Source: Candidatus Saccharimonadota bacterium
GTDB taxonomy: Bacteria; Patescibacteriota; Saccharimonadia; CAILAD01; BJGX01
NCBI GenBank assembly: GCA_014191035.1
Contig: BJGX01000004.1
Location: 1-60,706, forward strand
DNA: 60,706 nucleotides
Reading direction: 5' to 3'
In this document: positions 18,989 through 28,518 of the stretch, one piece after another
Layout of the letters: each line of letters opens with the position of its first letter
How positions within the stretch are numbered: the stretch's first letter is position 1
The notes under the pieces: generated by a model
Databases searched by the model: none
The model's input: the letters and a program-made list of their open reading frames with translations, nothing else
What the model was told of the DNA's origin: nothing
Program-made: the position numbers and the translations under genes

Positions 18989-19822
18989 ATGAACCAGCTA
19001 AGCAGTAAAGACGAAGTCAAGCGTAAAGCAAGATTGGCCTCAGCAACAGGAGTTACATATCCGACTGGCTACATTTTCTTTCGCGGAGCCGTGGCTTTTC
19101 TTTCGAGTTTCTTTATTAAGCCAGTACTTTACCACAATGAACGAATTCCTCAGCCAGGTGGCTACACTTACAAGCCAAGCTACTATTCCAGAAATGGAAA
19201 TAGTAGGGTGGGTGAGATCAAGGCCTTTGTGATTGCTGCTAACCATGGTCAAGTTTGGGACATTCCATTTATCGGAATGTTTAGAAGAGGGCTAATCTGG
19301 GTTTGTAAACCCCAGTTTTGTGTTCACCCAGCCCTTGCCTGGATCAACCAAAGAATGGGCGCCGTACCGGTCTTTAGGCCCAATATTGATGGCAACGAGA
19401 CTAAGAACTCGCCCGAAAGAATAAAAGCGCTTCAGATGGCTTCATATACGCCGCAGGAGCTCATTCCGGTCGTGGTTAGAGCGCTCAAACGTGGCGTTCC
19501 AGCAATCATGTTCCCAGAGGGTAGCAGGGTAGGTACATCTACTGTTGAAGATGCCAAGTACGGCGCATCTAAGGTTGCCTTTTTGTCTGGCTGTCCAATC
19601 CTTCCAATCGCTTTGGTTGGGTGCTCTAAGGGAGACAAGGTTGTTCGCAAGGGACTACTTAGAAGACGAGTTATTATCGGTGTAGTGGGAGAACTAATTT
19701 ACCCTGAGAGTTACATGCATCTTGAGTCCAAGACTGATCGCTATTCTGCGATGATGACCGACTGGATCGAGTCAATAAATCAGCTCCGTGAAGAGGGGGC
19801 AATTTATCTTGATCAGTTCTAA
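18989..19822 (+). CDS. Lysophospholipid (1-acyl-sn-glycerol-3-phosphate) acyltransferase family
   Basis: NHGQVWD (HX4D) and FPEGSR motifs; AAGGAG SD. Confidence 0.75.
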   Translation: MNQLSSKDEVKRKARLASATGVTYPTGYIFFRGAVAFLSSFFIKPVLYHNERIPQPGGYTYKPSYYSRNGNSRVGEIKAFVIAANHGQVWDIPFIGMFRRGLIWVCKPQFCVHPALAWINQRMGAVPVFRPNIDGNETKNSPERIKALQMASYTPQELIPVVVRALKRGVPAIMFPEGSRVGTSTVEDAKYGASKVAFLSGCPILPIALVGCSKGDKVVRKGLLRRRVIIGVVGELIYPESYMHLESKTDRYSAMMTDWIESINQLREEGAIYLDQF

Positions 19823-19850
19823 AAACCCTGGCTTTTTGCCGGGGTTTTTT
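19823..19850. terminator. Bidirectional hairpin terminator
   Basis: aaccctggc-ttttt-gccggggtt, flanked by A5 and T6, between convergent genes. Confidence 0.6.
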
Positions 19851-22800
19851 ATGTAGTTGCCGGCGACTGTTTTGGTCTAACTGGCGATGTTATTTCGGAC
19901 TCGTGTTTGTTAACTGCTCTAGGTACATTGAATTCTATCATTGTTCCCTTACCAAGCTCGGAGCTAATTTTAATAGAACCACCAACTTGCTCAATAATAA
20001 TTCTGTCTAGGTACAATCCAATTCCTAGGCCCTCATAATCGTATTGCATAGCATCTGAAGCTCTTGTAAAAGGCATCATTAGCTGGTCAATCTTATCTTT
20101 AGGAATACCAATACCCTGGTCTTTAACAGATATTTTGGTTCCTCCGAATTTGTTTTCAATAGATACAAAAATCGTGCTGTTATTTTTACTGAATTTTACG
20201 GCGTTATTGATAGTTGAGCCTAGAAGCAATATCAGAGCTGACTTGTCTAGTCGCATATTGAGTTCTTTTGCAACATTAATTTTAATTTTAATATTTTTTC
20301 TAGCCATAATATCTGATTGGCGCTCTAATATCTTATTAAGAACTAAGTTAACATCGTCTTCATCTATAGCTCCAGTTGGGCTAAAGGCTGAGAATTTTTT
20401 AAGTAGTTCGAAGGATTTTTGCACACTTGATAGCATTCCAACGCCTCTTATGAAAGCTTTAGCTTCTTCTTTATTGCTAAGTTCATTAGAAATAGCTTTT
20501 AATTTATCGATGTTTTTGTCAATTGATTTTGAGGCTTCATTTATGAAGTTTATTTTATATTCCGAAAGTTCTTTTTCTTTTTGCAAAGTCACAATTCTTT
20601 GTCTGCTAATTTCTCGGTTTCTGTTTAGACTTCTCCAGGCCAAAATAATAAATAGAGCACTAAGTATAAACAGACCCACCTGAACAATTAGAGAAGTAAA
20701 GCTAAACTGGAACACATCAGCTCTCAAAAATAATAAGTTGGCGATTAGCACTAGTCCACCCGCGATAATGATCGGTATCCAGGCGAGCGGGTTAAAGCTG
20801 GCTTTTTGTACCTTCTTTTGTAATAGCTCGGGGCTAATTTCTGATATAAATCGTTCGGTCGTTTTTGTATTCTTTTCTAATAATTGGTGTACTGAATCGG
20901 TAATGCCATGAATTATCTCAGTTATTTGTTGTGATTTTGCTTTATCGATTATTCCGTTTGTAACTAAAAGGTCAGCACTTAGTTGCATGATACTAATCGG
21001 CGTATTTAGGTAGTGATTAGTAAGCGAAATAAAGTTTTTGCTACCAAATTGCAGGTTATTGTATTTTTCAATTAAAGTGTTATAGCGTTCGGCGCTTTTT
21101 AACTCCCTATAGGACTGAACGGCATATATTAAAGCAAAGAACAGAATTAAAAGGATAAGTAAAAATGGAATAGCTTCGGCGACTTCTCGCGGCACACGCT
21201 TGGTAATGTTTAATATGCCCTGGAGCGCGCTATCGATCGCAGAAACAATACCTCCCGTACGGCCACCTCCAGGTGTAATTATCTGCCCATCGGGCCCAAT
21301 TGCGCTGGCAGCTCCAGTTGTTTGGGGGTTAGTGAAGATTCCTATTGGTATGCTTCCGAATGGTATTGGGTTTGATATAGTTGGAATTAAATTACAGTCT
21401 GTAGTTTTAAGTGTCTGGCCAGATCCAAAATAGTTCGTTGTTCCATTGCTTGCAAAGGCACGGTAATAGTAGGTTGAGCCACAGTTTAGCTGCCCCAAAA
21501 CTCTAGAATAGTCCCCAAAAGGTGCAGCGGCGTTTCTCTGGTAGAATTTTTTAACTAAATTATCCGTAGTGCTTGTTACAAATAAATTGCCATTTGGATC
21601 GACAGCAACTCCGCTTAATATAGAGCTTAGAGCACTACCGTAGCTTAAATTAACAACGTTGCTTTTATAGTATGTTTGAGTACCAACTGCATTGAATTTG
21701 CTTACAGAGCCAGTCGAGTCGGTTACAAAAACATCTTCATTAGTTTGATTTAAGGAGATGAATCCGGGAAGTATCAAATTACCCTTTTCAGAACCAAAAC
21801 TTCCTATTGAGCCTCCAAAATTACCGTTAGGGAAAGAATATTTAGCGATTCTATTTTTAGTGGTATCAGCAACGTAAATAACGCCATTTCCAGAACCGTA
21901 GTCTTTCACTTCGATACCAGTGGGGAAATAGCCCAGATTTTGATTAGTATCCAAAGAGTAGTAGCCCCAAATATCTAGCGGGTTGCCCGCTGAATCCATT
22001 TTTAATACAAATCCTTCTGGAAAAGTTGCGAACATATTGCCAGCTATATCGGCAGCAACATCTGTAGCTCCTATGCCTGCCGAAAAATCAGCCAAGAAAG
22101 TTCCATCAGACTGGAATTTAGATATTCCTGCCGAACTAACTACCCAAATAGTGCCTGGGCGACTGGTTATACCCTTGGGTTGATTAACATTCCAGGATGT
22201 AACTAGACCTCCATTGTTATTGTATTTTTTGACTTTATTATTGGCATAATCCGAAACATATACATTGCCATATTCATCTGAGGCAATATCCAAAGGTGTG
22301 TTAAGTGTCGAGCTCCATTGTGTGGCTAGGTCTAGATAGTTAGCGTCGTTTTGCGATCCGCCATTTTGGTTGTTTAACAAATTACCATATGCCGTTGAGG
22401 ACCCCCATTCAAAGCCCTGAATAACTAAAAGTGGGTCCGGACCGACCGAGGTAATATTGCCATTAAGTGTACCGAATGTACCAGAAATATTAGTTGGCGG
22501 CAGGGTGGCTGCAGTCACATTGGTATTGCAAGGGTTGGTAGTGAAACTCTTGGTTGAACCCAAATAATTTCCATCCGCGTTAGTGGCTGTAGCGCGGTAG
22601 TAGTAGGTCGTGCCACAACTTAAATAGTCTAGGGTGTTGCTGTAATTCGTAACAGAAAATTCTACTTGAGTTAAAAATTTCTCTACTTCGGAATTGTTTT
22701 GATCTGTTACAAAAACCATTGAATTATTATTCACTGGATTTGAGCTTGGCTCAGTATAGGTTGCTACACCAAAAGGAGAATTAAAGTTTGCTATCGACCC

Positions 22801-24921
22801 GTAAGACGATAAGTGTGCGCCAGAAGAATTGTAGATTCCAATTAAATGATTACCGGTGTCGGCAACATAAACATTGTTGTTTACATCAATCGCAACAGAA
22901 GAGGGAGAATTGAAGGGAGTACCCGAAACACTACCATCAACAATCAATGAGGGGGTAGAAATAGGCGTTATCGATATTGGCGGTCCTGCCGAGTATGTTT
23001 GTTCAAACACTTGGTAGCGGTTGTTTCCAGTATCAGCAACCACTATTTTGTTACTGCCTGTCTGATCTATGGCGATGCCTAGAGGGTTATTAAACTGTCC
23101 TGTGCTGCCGCCACCCGTGGAGCCAAAGCTACCGCTAGCATCATAGCTAAAAGATGTGTCATAGCGTTTTATTTTGTCGTTCCCGCTGTCAGCTACATAA
23201 ACATTTCCAAAAGTATCAAGTGCAACTCCATTAGGGTTGTTTAGATTTTCTGGATTCACCCCAGGCCCACCCATAGAGCCAGCAACAGTAGAAAGATCAG
23301 AGTTAACAACAAGTATTCGGTCGTTACCACTATCGGCGATATAGATCCTGCCCGCATTGTCCACGGCCAATCCGTTTGGCCCACTAAGGGTTCCAGGGTT
23401 GTATGTTCCTATCAAGGCTCCAGAGAAATTAAAAACCCTAATTTGGTTACCTGCAGGGTCAGAGACGTAAACTTTTTGGGAATTACTATCTACTGCAATT
23501 CCAGTAGGTAGGTTGCTTGCCGTGGGCCAGCCTGTAGTGTCTGGATAAAGCTTACGGCTCGATTCGGCAGCAATGCCGGCTATGTAATTTCCAAAGCTAG
23601 CAGAAGTTCCCCACTCGAAGCCTCTGCGAGTTATGGCAGAGGTTGAGGCAGTAACTTCACCATTAAGCGTTGCTGTAAAACTGCCAACTCCTGTCGGGTC
23701 GTTAGTTTGAATTGTCAGGGCTTGAGCTGAAACCCCGCACGGTAGGGTATTAAAGCTTTGGTCATTGCCGTAAGATGTGCCATCTTCGTTGGTGGCATAT
23801 GCTCTAAAGTGGTAAGTTGTGCTGCAATTTAGTCCGCTTATGTTTTGTTCAAAGTTTCCAAGTGGTAGTGAAGCTTGGTTTATAAATTTTTGAACCCTCA
23901 AGTTGTCTGTGTCTGCAACAAAAAGATTATTATTGTTAATATTCAAAGCCTTGGCGTTATTGAATTGAGCTATGGCATTTCCGTTTCCACCAAACTGGTT
24001 TAAAAACTGACCATCGTTAGAATATATTTTTATGTAATCATCTTTTAGAGAATATATCTCCCCACTAGCTCCAATAGCAACGGAATCATATAATTCACTA
24101 CCAAATGTTTGTATATAATTTCCAAAAGAGTCGAATTTTTTAGCTCCATCCAATTGAGAGACGAAAACATTTCCAGATTGATCGATGGCCATACTGCTTG
24201 GTTGATTTAGCACGCCCTCGCCAATAGTCGCCACAATATTGAATGAATTATCTAGCTTAAATACTTTTTGCATAGCCTCATCCAATACGTATAAGTTATT
24301 AGCAGAATCTATCTGTAGAGCAGTTGGCTTCTGTATTGCTGGATCACTAATGGTCTGGCTATAGGCTAAATTTAAAGAGTATTTTTGAATTCTTGAATTT
24401 TGTGTGTCTGCAATATACAAATCACCCGAGCTGTCATAGGCCAAAGCTCGTGGCGAATTGAATTCGTAATTGCCAAGGCCCTGTGTGCCTCCCAGCTCGG
24501 CAATTTGATTGCCCAATACATCAAAAACCAGGACTTTGTTAAGCTGAGTGCTTAAAATGGCATAGCCTCCATCGTTCTTTACAGCTATTGAGTCAGGAGC
24601 AAATGCACTTGGCCATTGGCTGTTGAATTTTACCGGCAAGCTAGCGCCATTTAGCGGGGCGGAGTTTCCATAGGAAGGGGAGGTGCCCCATTCAAACCCC
24701 CGAGCAGTCACAGGTTTATCACTCGAATTTATTAAGCCCTTAAGAGTTGCTGATACGTCTTGGGCAATCGCAGGTAGGGTTTCGGTATTGGCAAGATCAG
24801 CATTGGCTTTTTCTGCTTTACCACCACCAGTAATTAATATGACAACAAAAATCAAAAGAAGCCCTAGGCCGGCCATTACATCTGATAAAACCTCAATTTT
24901 TGCTTTTGTTTTTATGGTCAT
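19849..24921 (-). CDS. Giant (1690 aa) membrane sensor histidine kinase with an extracytoplasmic NHL-repeat/FN3-like region
   Basis: N-terminal TM helix. Many NHL-type repeats (e.g. P.GLAVD..GNLYVAD..NNRI.KF). Three GFEWG...TTYYYRA FN3-like modules. TM at about aa 1248. LTNHYLNTPIS His-box-like motif. Two further TM helices. C-terminal HATPase_c boxes (NNAVKFS, DQGIGIP, GLGIGL). Confidence 0.7.
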   Translation of the reverse strand: MTIKTKAKIEVLSDVMAGLGLLLIFVVILITGGGKAEKANADLANTETLPAIAQDVSATLKGLINSSDKPVTARGFEWGTSPSYGNSAPLNGASLPVKFNSQWPSAFAPDSIAVKNDGGYAILSTQLNKVLVFDVLGNQIAELGGTQGLGNYEFNSPRALAYDSSGDLYIADTQNSRIQKYSLNLAYSQTISDPAIQKPTALQIDSANNLYVLDEAMQKVFKLDNSFNIVATIGEGVLNQPSSMAIDQSGNVFVSQLDGAKKFDSFGNYIQTFGSELYDSVAIGASGEIYSLKDDYIKIYSNDGQFLNQFGGNGNAIAQFNNAKALNINNNNLFVADTDNLRVQKFINQASLPLGNFEQNISGLNCSTTYHFRAYATNEDGTSYGNDQSFNTLPCGVSAQALTIQTNDPTGVGSFTATLNGEVTASTSAITRRGFEWGTSASFGNYIAGIAAESSRKLYPDTTGWPTASNLPTGIAVDSNSQKVYVSDPAGNQIRVFNFSGALIGTYNPGTLSGPNGLAVDNAGRIYIADSGNDRILVVNSDLSTVAGSMGGPGVNPENLNNPNGVALDTFGNVYVADSGNDKIKRYDTSFSYDASGSFGSTGGGSTGQFNNPLGIAIDQTGSNKIVVADTGNNRYQVFEQTYSAGPPISITPISTPSLIVDGSVSGTPFNSPSSVAIDVNNNVYVADTGNHLIGIYNSSGAHLSSYGSIANFNSPFGVATYTEPSSNPVNNNSMVFVTDQNNSEVEKFLTQVEFSVTNYSNTLDYLSCGTTYYYRATATNADGNYLGSTKSFTTNPCNTNVTAATLPPTNISGTFGTLNGNITSVGPDPLLVIQGFEWGSSTAYGNLLNNQNGGSQNDANYLDLATQWSSTLNTPLDIASDEYGNVYVSDYANNKVKKYNNNGGLVTSWNVNQPKGITSRPGTIWVVSSAGISKFQSDGTFLADFSAGIGATDVAADIAGNMFATFPEGFVLKMDSAGNPLDIWGYYSLDTNQNLGYFPTGIEVKDYGSGNGVIYVADTTKNRIAKYSFPNGNFGGSIGSFGSEKGNLILPGFISLNQTNEDVFVTDSTGSVSKFNAVGTQTYYKSNVVNLSYGSALSSILSGVAVDPNGNLFVTSTTDNLVKKFYQRNAAAPFGDYSRVLGQLNCGSTYYYRAFASNGTTNYFGSGQTLKTTDCNLIPTISNPIPFGSIPIGIFTNPQTTGAASAIGPDGQIITPGGGRTGGIVSAIDSALQGILNITKRVPREVAEAIPFLLILLILFFALIYAVQSYRELKSAERYNTLIEKYNNLQFGSKNFISLTNHYLNTPISIMQLSADLLVTNGIIDKAKSQQITEIIHGITDSVHQLLEKNTKTTERFISEISPELLQKKVQKASFNPLAWIPIIIAGGLVLIANLLFLRADVFQFSFTSLIVQVGLFILSALFIILAWRSLNRNREISRQRIVTLQKEKELSEYKINFINEASKSIDKNIDKLKAISNELSNKEEAKAFIRGVGMLSSVQKSFELLKKFSAFSPTGAIDEDDVNLVLNKILERQSDIMARKNIKIKINVAKELNMRLDKSALILLLGSTINNAVKFSKNNSTIFVSIENKFGGTKISVKDQGIGIPKDKIDQLMMPFTRASDAMQYDYEGLGIGLYLDRIIIEQVGGSIKISSELGKGTMIEFNVPRAVNKHESEITSPVRPKQSPATT

Positions 24922-25106
24922 TTGTTTTAATTAACTTTAGGTTAAATAATACACTTTTATAGGTCTAAGCACAAGTATTATATATTAATAAAGTAATCAT
25001 AAAACTCTATCAAATATAATTTAATTGAAAATTATATGAATAAAAATATAGTGAACAAAAAAATAACCGCCCAATAAATTTTGAGCGGGGATTGTCCTAA
25101 AAAGAA

Positions 25107-25143
25107 ACAGGTTAGCGTGGGCCCGAGGCGCTTGCTAACCTGT
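25107..25143 (-). terminator. Intrinsic terminator downstream of the aldolase gene
   Basis: Stem acaggttagc / gctaacctgt, followed on the minus strand by ttcttttt. Confidence 0.6.
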
Positions 25144-25254
25144 TAAAAGTCTTTGTTTTTGTTTTTGAGTAATTTATGTGTGCAGCACTGATATAATAAT
25201 ACCGCTTACGTTTCGGGCCGTCAATAACTTTTTTAAACTTTTTTTAAGATTTTT

Positions 25255-26262
25255 TTAAAAAACTTTTTTGCCAGTGAATTGGCCATTACGAGCAGCACTA
25301 TTTTGGGCCAGTAGTTTAGAGAACATTGCTTGTGCTTTGTTGGTATTAACTTCCTTACCTCGCCATAATTTCAGCACTGGATCCTGTACAGCCCTAGAGT
25401 AGCTGTAGGTGATGGGCCACGTTTGTTCACCTTTAAGTCCGATTGCATTAAGATTGGCCGTGGCTTGTTCTGGGCTCTGTCCTCCAGATAAGAAAACTAT
25501 TCCAGCTACTTCATTAGGTACTGAATTATTTAATACCTTCAGGGTGGCATCGGCAACTTCAGTAGGTTTGCTCATTACACTTTTGGTGCCTGCAAGAACC
25601 ATGCTGGTTTTAAGAATTGTTCCAGATAGGTTAACCTTTAGTTTGGCTAGCTCCTCAAATAGTATCTTTATAACCTTTTGAGTCGTTTTTGCGGACTGCT
25701 CAATAGTCTGATTACCCTCGTATAAGACTTCCGGCTCAACAATCGGTACCATTCCAGCAGACTGGGCAATAGAGGCGTAACGGGCCATAACCATTAAGTT
25801 GTATCTAATAACAGCTTCATCTGGCTCACCATCATTGACCTCGAAAGCGCTACGCCATTTAGTAAAGCGAGCACCCATTTCATAGTATTCATTAAGTCTT
25901 GCAGATAGCCCATCAAGGCCTTCAGTAATAGTGGCGGGTTCGAAATTGTCCATGGGAACCAAGCCCATATCAACTTTGATACCTGGAATTATACCTTTTT
26001 TAGTTAGGGCATCGGCAAAAGTAAGGCCTTCATCAGTTTTTTGGCGAATTGTCTCATCGTAGAGGATTACACCTGAAATATACAGCTCGATATTGGGCGA
26101 CATACACAATAATTGACGCCACTGACGCCTAGATTCATCTGTACAGTCAATCTTGAGTGCATCGAAGCGCTTTTGGCATGTCTTGGAGCTTTCGTCGGCA
26201 GCTAATAGACCCTTTGGGTCAGCCATCATTTGCTTGGCAATATCAGATATAGAACTGTTCAT
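25255..26262 (-). CDS. fba: Fructose-bisphosphate aldolase, class I
   Basis: LLAADESSKTCQKRF and ISGVILYDETIRQ give a class I (Schiff-base) aldolase layout; 335 aa. Confidence 0.85.
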   Translation of the reverse strand: MNSSISDIAKQMMADPKGLLAADESSKTCQKRFDALKIDCTDESRRQWRQLLCMSPNIELYISGVILYDETIRQKTDEGLTFADALTKKGIIPGIKVDMGLVPMDNFEPATITEGLDGLSARLNEYYEMGARFTKWRSAFEVNDGEPDEAVIRYNLMVMARYASIAQSAGMVPIVEPEVLYEGNQTIEQSAKTTQKVIKILFEELAKLKVNLSGTILKTSMVLAGTKSVMSKPTEVADATLKVLNNSVPNEVAGIVFLSGGQSPEQATANLNAIGLKGEQTWPITYSYSRAVQDPVLKLWRGKEVNTNKAQAMFSKLLAQNSAARNGQFTGKKVF

Positions 26263-26358
26263 ATACTAAGCATAAGACTAATAGAGAAGTAATGCAATAT
26301 AAATATACTAATTAACTACATATATACTATGCTAAAGCATTATATACAAGCATTAAAA

Positions 26359-26383
26359 AGCCTTTCGTATCTGTTGAAAGACT
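26359..26383 (-). terminator. Intrinsic terminator downstream of smpB
   Basis: Minus-strand stem agtctttc / gaaaggct (the U:G pair forms only on the minus strand), followed by ttttaat. Confidence 0.5.
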
Positions 26384-26405
26384 AAAAAGGTGAATAAATT
26401 ATTTA

Positions 26406-26849
26406 CTACTTAGTGTTCTCGAGCCTTGCATCACGAAGCATTGTTTGTTGCTTTTTTGACTCGCGTTTATCATAGAGCTTCTTACCACGCGCCAGAGCAA
26501 TTTCTAGCTTTATGCGGCCTCTGCTGAGCCCAATTGCAGTCGGAACTATTGTGAGGCGCTGAGATTGCGACTCCTCAATTAGTCTATTAAGCTCTTTTCT
26601 GTGTAAAAGCAGTTTGCGCTCAGCTTCGGGATCGTAATTATCTAAGTCCATTGCTTGCTTATAGGGGCTGATATGGGCCTTTACCAGGAAAGCTTCACCC
26701 TGACGAATAGATACGTAACTACCTTTCATGTCTATGTGGCCAGCCTTAACGCTTTTCACCTCGGGGCCGGACAACACCAACCCAGCTTCAAACTTTTCTT
26801 TAAGTTCGTAATCATGACGCACACGTCTATTTGATGCAATTATCTTCAT
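26406..26849 (-). CDS. smpB: SsrA-binding protein
   Basis: NRRVRHDYELKEKFEAGLVLSGPEVKS...KLLLHRKELNRL is the canonical SmpB sequence. Confidence 0.95.
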   Translation of the reverse strand: MKIIASNRRVRHDYELKEKFEAGLVLSGPEVKSVKAGHIDMKGSYVSIRQGEAFLVKAHISPYKQAMDLDNYDPEAERKLLLHRKELNRLIEESQSQRLTIVPTAIGLSRGRIKLEIALARGKKLYDKRESKKQQTMLRDARLENTK

Positions 26850-26898
26850 AGCCTAATTATAGCTTAAATAGTGGGCTTTGAGATATAATAGGCTTAAT

Positions 26899-28506
26899 AT
26901 GAACCCAAAAGAACAATTTAATGATTTGCTTTTTAAGGCGCTAAATAAGCTATATGGACCTCATGATAAACAGGAGGTTGCCTCAAGTATTAGCTACTGC
27001 GACCCTAAGTTTGGGGAATTTAGCACAAACATTGCCTTTAGGCTTTCTAAGTCAGAATCAAAAGCTCCTTCAGAAGTAGCTGATTCTATTATAATTGAGC
27101 TAAACAAATCAAAAACTATCAAGAAGGCCGAATTTTTACCCCCCGGCTTTATAAATGTAATTATGGATAATAAGTCATGGATAGATTACATCGAATCAAT
27201 TAATGATAATTTTTCTAAGAGCGAAATGGGAAAAGGGCAGAGCATTCAGCTGGAGTTTATTTCCGCTAACCCTACCGGTCCGTTGGTACTAACAAACGCC
27301 TGGCAAGGTTATTATGGTGATATTTTAACCAATATTTATAAATCGCAGGGCTATGAATCTTCCACCGAGTACCTTCTTAATGATGGAGGAAATCAGATTA
27401 TTGCTCTTGGTAGGGCAATCCAGCAAGCAATTGGTAAAGAATTTGAGCCTGAAATAGCCGAAAACTTATACAGAGGAGAATATATTGATAATATTGCTGA
27501 AATAATTACAACAAAAATTGGCTCAAAAGACAAAGTTTTGTCAGAAGAGCCTATAGAGGTTGGCTCACTAGCAGCAGAACTAATAGTTGAAAACTATATA
27601 AAGCCAGATTTAACTAAGCTGGGTGTTAATTTTGACTCTATGTACTCTGAATCTGAAGCCGATATTAAAAGGACCTTAACTAGGCTTGAAGATGCAGGTT
27701 TAATTAAGAACAAAGACGGCGCTGTTTGGATAGATGGCGAAAAGATTGGTCTAGATCAAGACCAAGTACTAATCAGATCTTACGATAATGGAGAGAGCTA
27801 CTTTTTAAAGGACATCGCATACCAGCTAGAGAGGCTAGAGGAGAGGGGGTATGACAGAACTATTACTATCGTGGGTCCAGATCATCATGGCCAAGCAATC
27901 AGGCTAGTCAATACACTCAAAGCCTTAGGTCATAATGAATTTAGTGAGCTTTCTACGCAGACTATAAGGCTTATTAAGGATGGAAAAGAATTTAAAATGA
28001 GCAAGCGCAAAGGAAATTACATACTTCTAAGTGATTTCTTAGATGAGGTGCCAACTGAGGCAGCGAGATTTTACTTTGCTATGCGTGACACAAATACACA
28101 TATGGATTTTGATATCGACCTTGTTAAAGAGCACTCAGCTAAAAACCCTGTGTATTATTCTTTATATGCTTATGCAAGAGCCTGCTCCATCCAAGAAAAC
28201 GCCAAGAAAGAATCCTTAAGTGCGGTCAGCATTGAAAATTATGAGCTTAGCCTTTCAGAGCGTCAGCTAATTATGCAATTATCTAAAATTGAAGGAATAT
28301 TAAAAGAAATAATAGTTAATCATAAGGTTCATCAGCTACTACACCAGACTTTTGATATAGCTAAATCATTCCATGAGTTTTACGAAAAAGAGAGGGTGGT
28401 AGGATCAGAAAAAGCGGGCCAAAAACTGGCTATTATTGAAAAATTTAAGCAAGCATACGAGGCAATTTTTACTATAATTGGTGTTGATTTGTTAGAAAAA
28501 ATGTAG
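26899..28506 (+). CDS. argS: Arginine--tRNA ligase
   Basis: ANPTGPL (HIGH-region equivalent), the MSKRKGN (KMSK) motif and a DALR-type C-terminus. Start set at ATG 26899; the upstream TTG overlaps a TATAAT at 26884-26889. Confidence 0.9.
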   Translation: MNPKEQFNDLLFKALNKLYGPHDKQEVASSISYCDPKFGEFSTNIAFRLSKSESKAPSEVADSIIIELNKSKTIKKAEFLPPGFINVIMDNKSWIDYIESINDNFSKSEMGKGQSIQLEFISANPTGPLVLTNAWQGYYGDILTNIYKSQGYESSTEYLLNDGGNQIIALGRAIQQAIGKEFEPEIAENLYRGEYIDNIAEIITTKIGSKDKVLSEEPIEVGSLAAELIVENYIKPDLTKLGVNFDSMYSESEADIKRTLTRLEDAGLIKNKDGAVWIDGEKIGLDQDQVLIRSYDNGESYFLKDIAYQLERLEERGYDRTITIVGPDHHGQAIRLVNTLKALGHNEFSELSTQTIRLIKDGKEFKMSKRKGNYILLSDFLDEVPTEAARFYFAMRDTNTHMDFDIDLVKEHSAKNPVYYSLYAYARACSIQENAKKESLSAVSIENYELSLSERQLIMQLSKIEGILKEIIVNHKVHQLLHQTFDIAKSFHEFYEKERVVGSEKAGQKLAIIEKFKQAYEAIFTIIGVDLLEKM

Positions 28507-28518
28507 TAAAAAAAGCAA

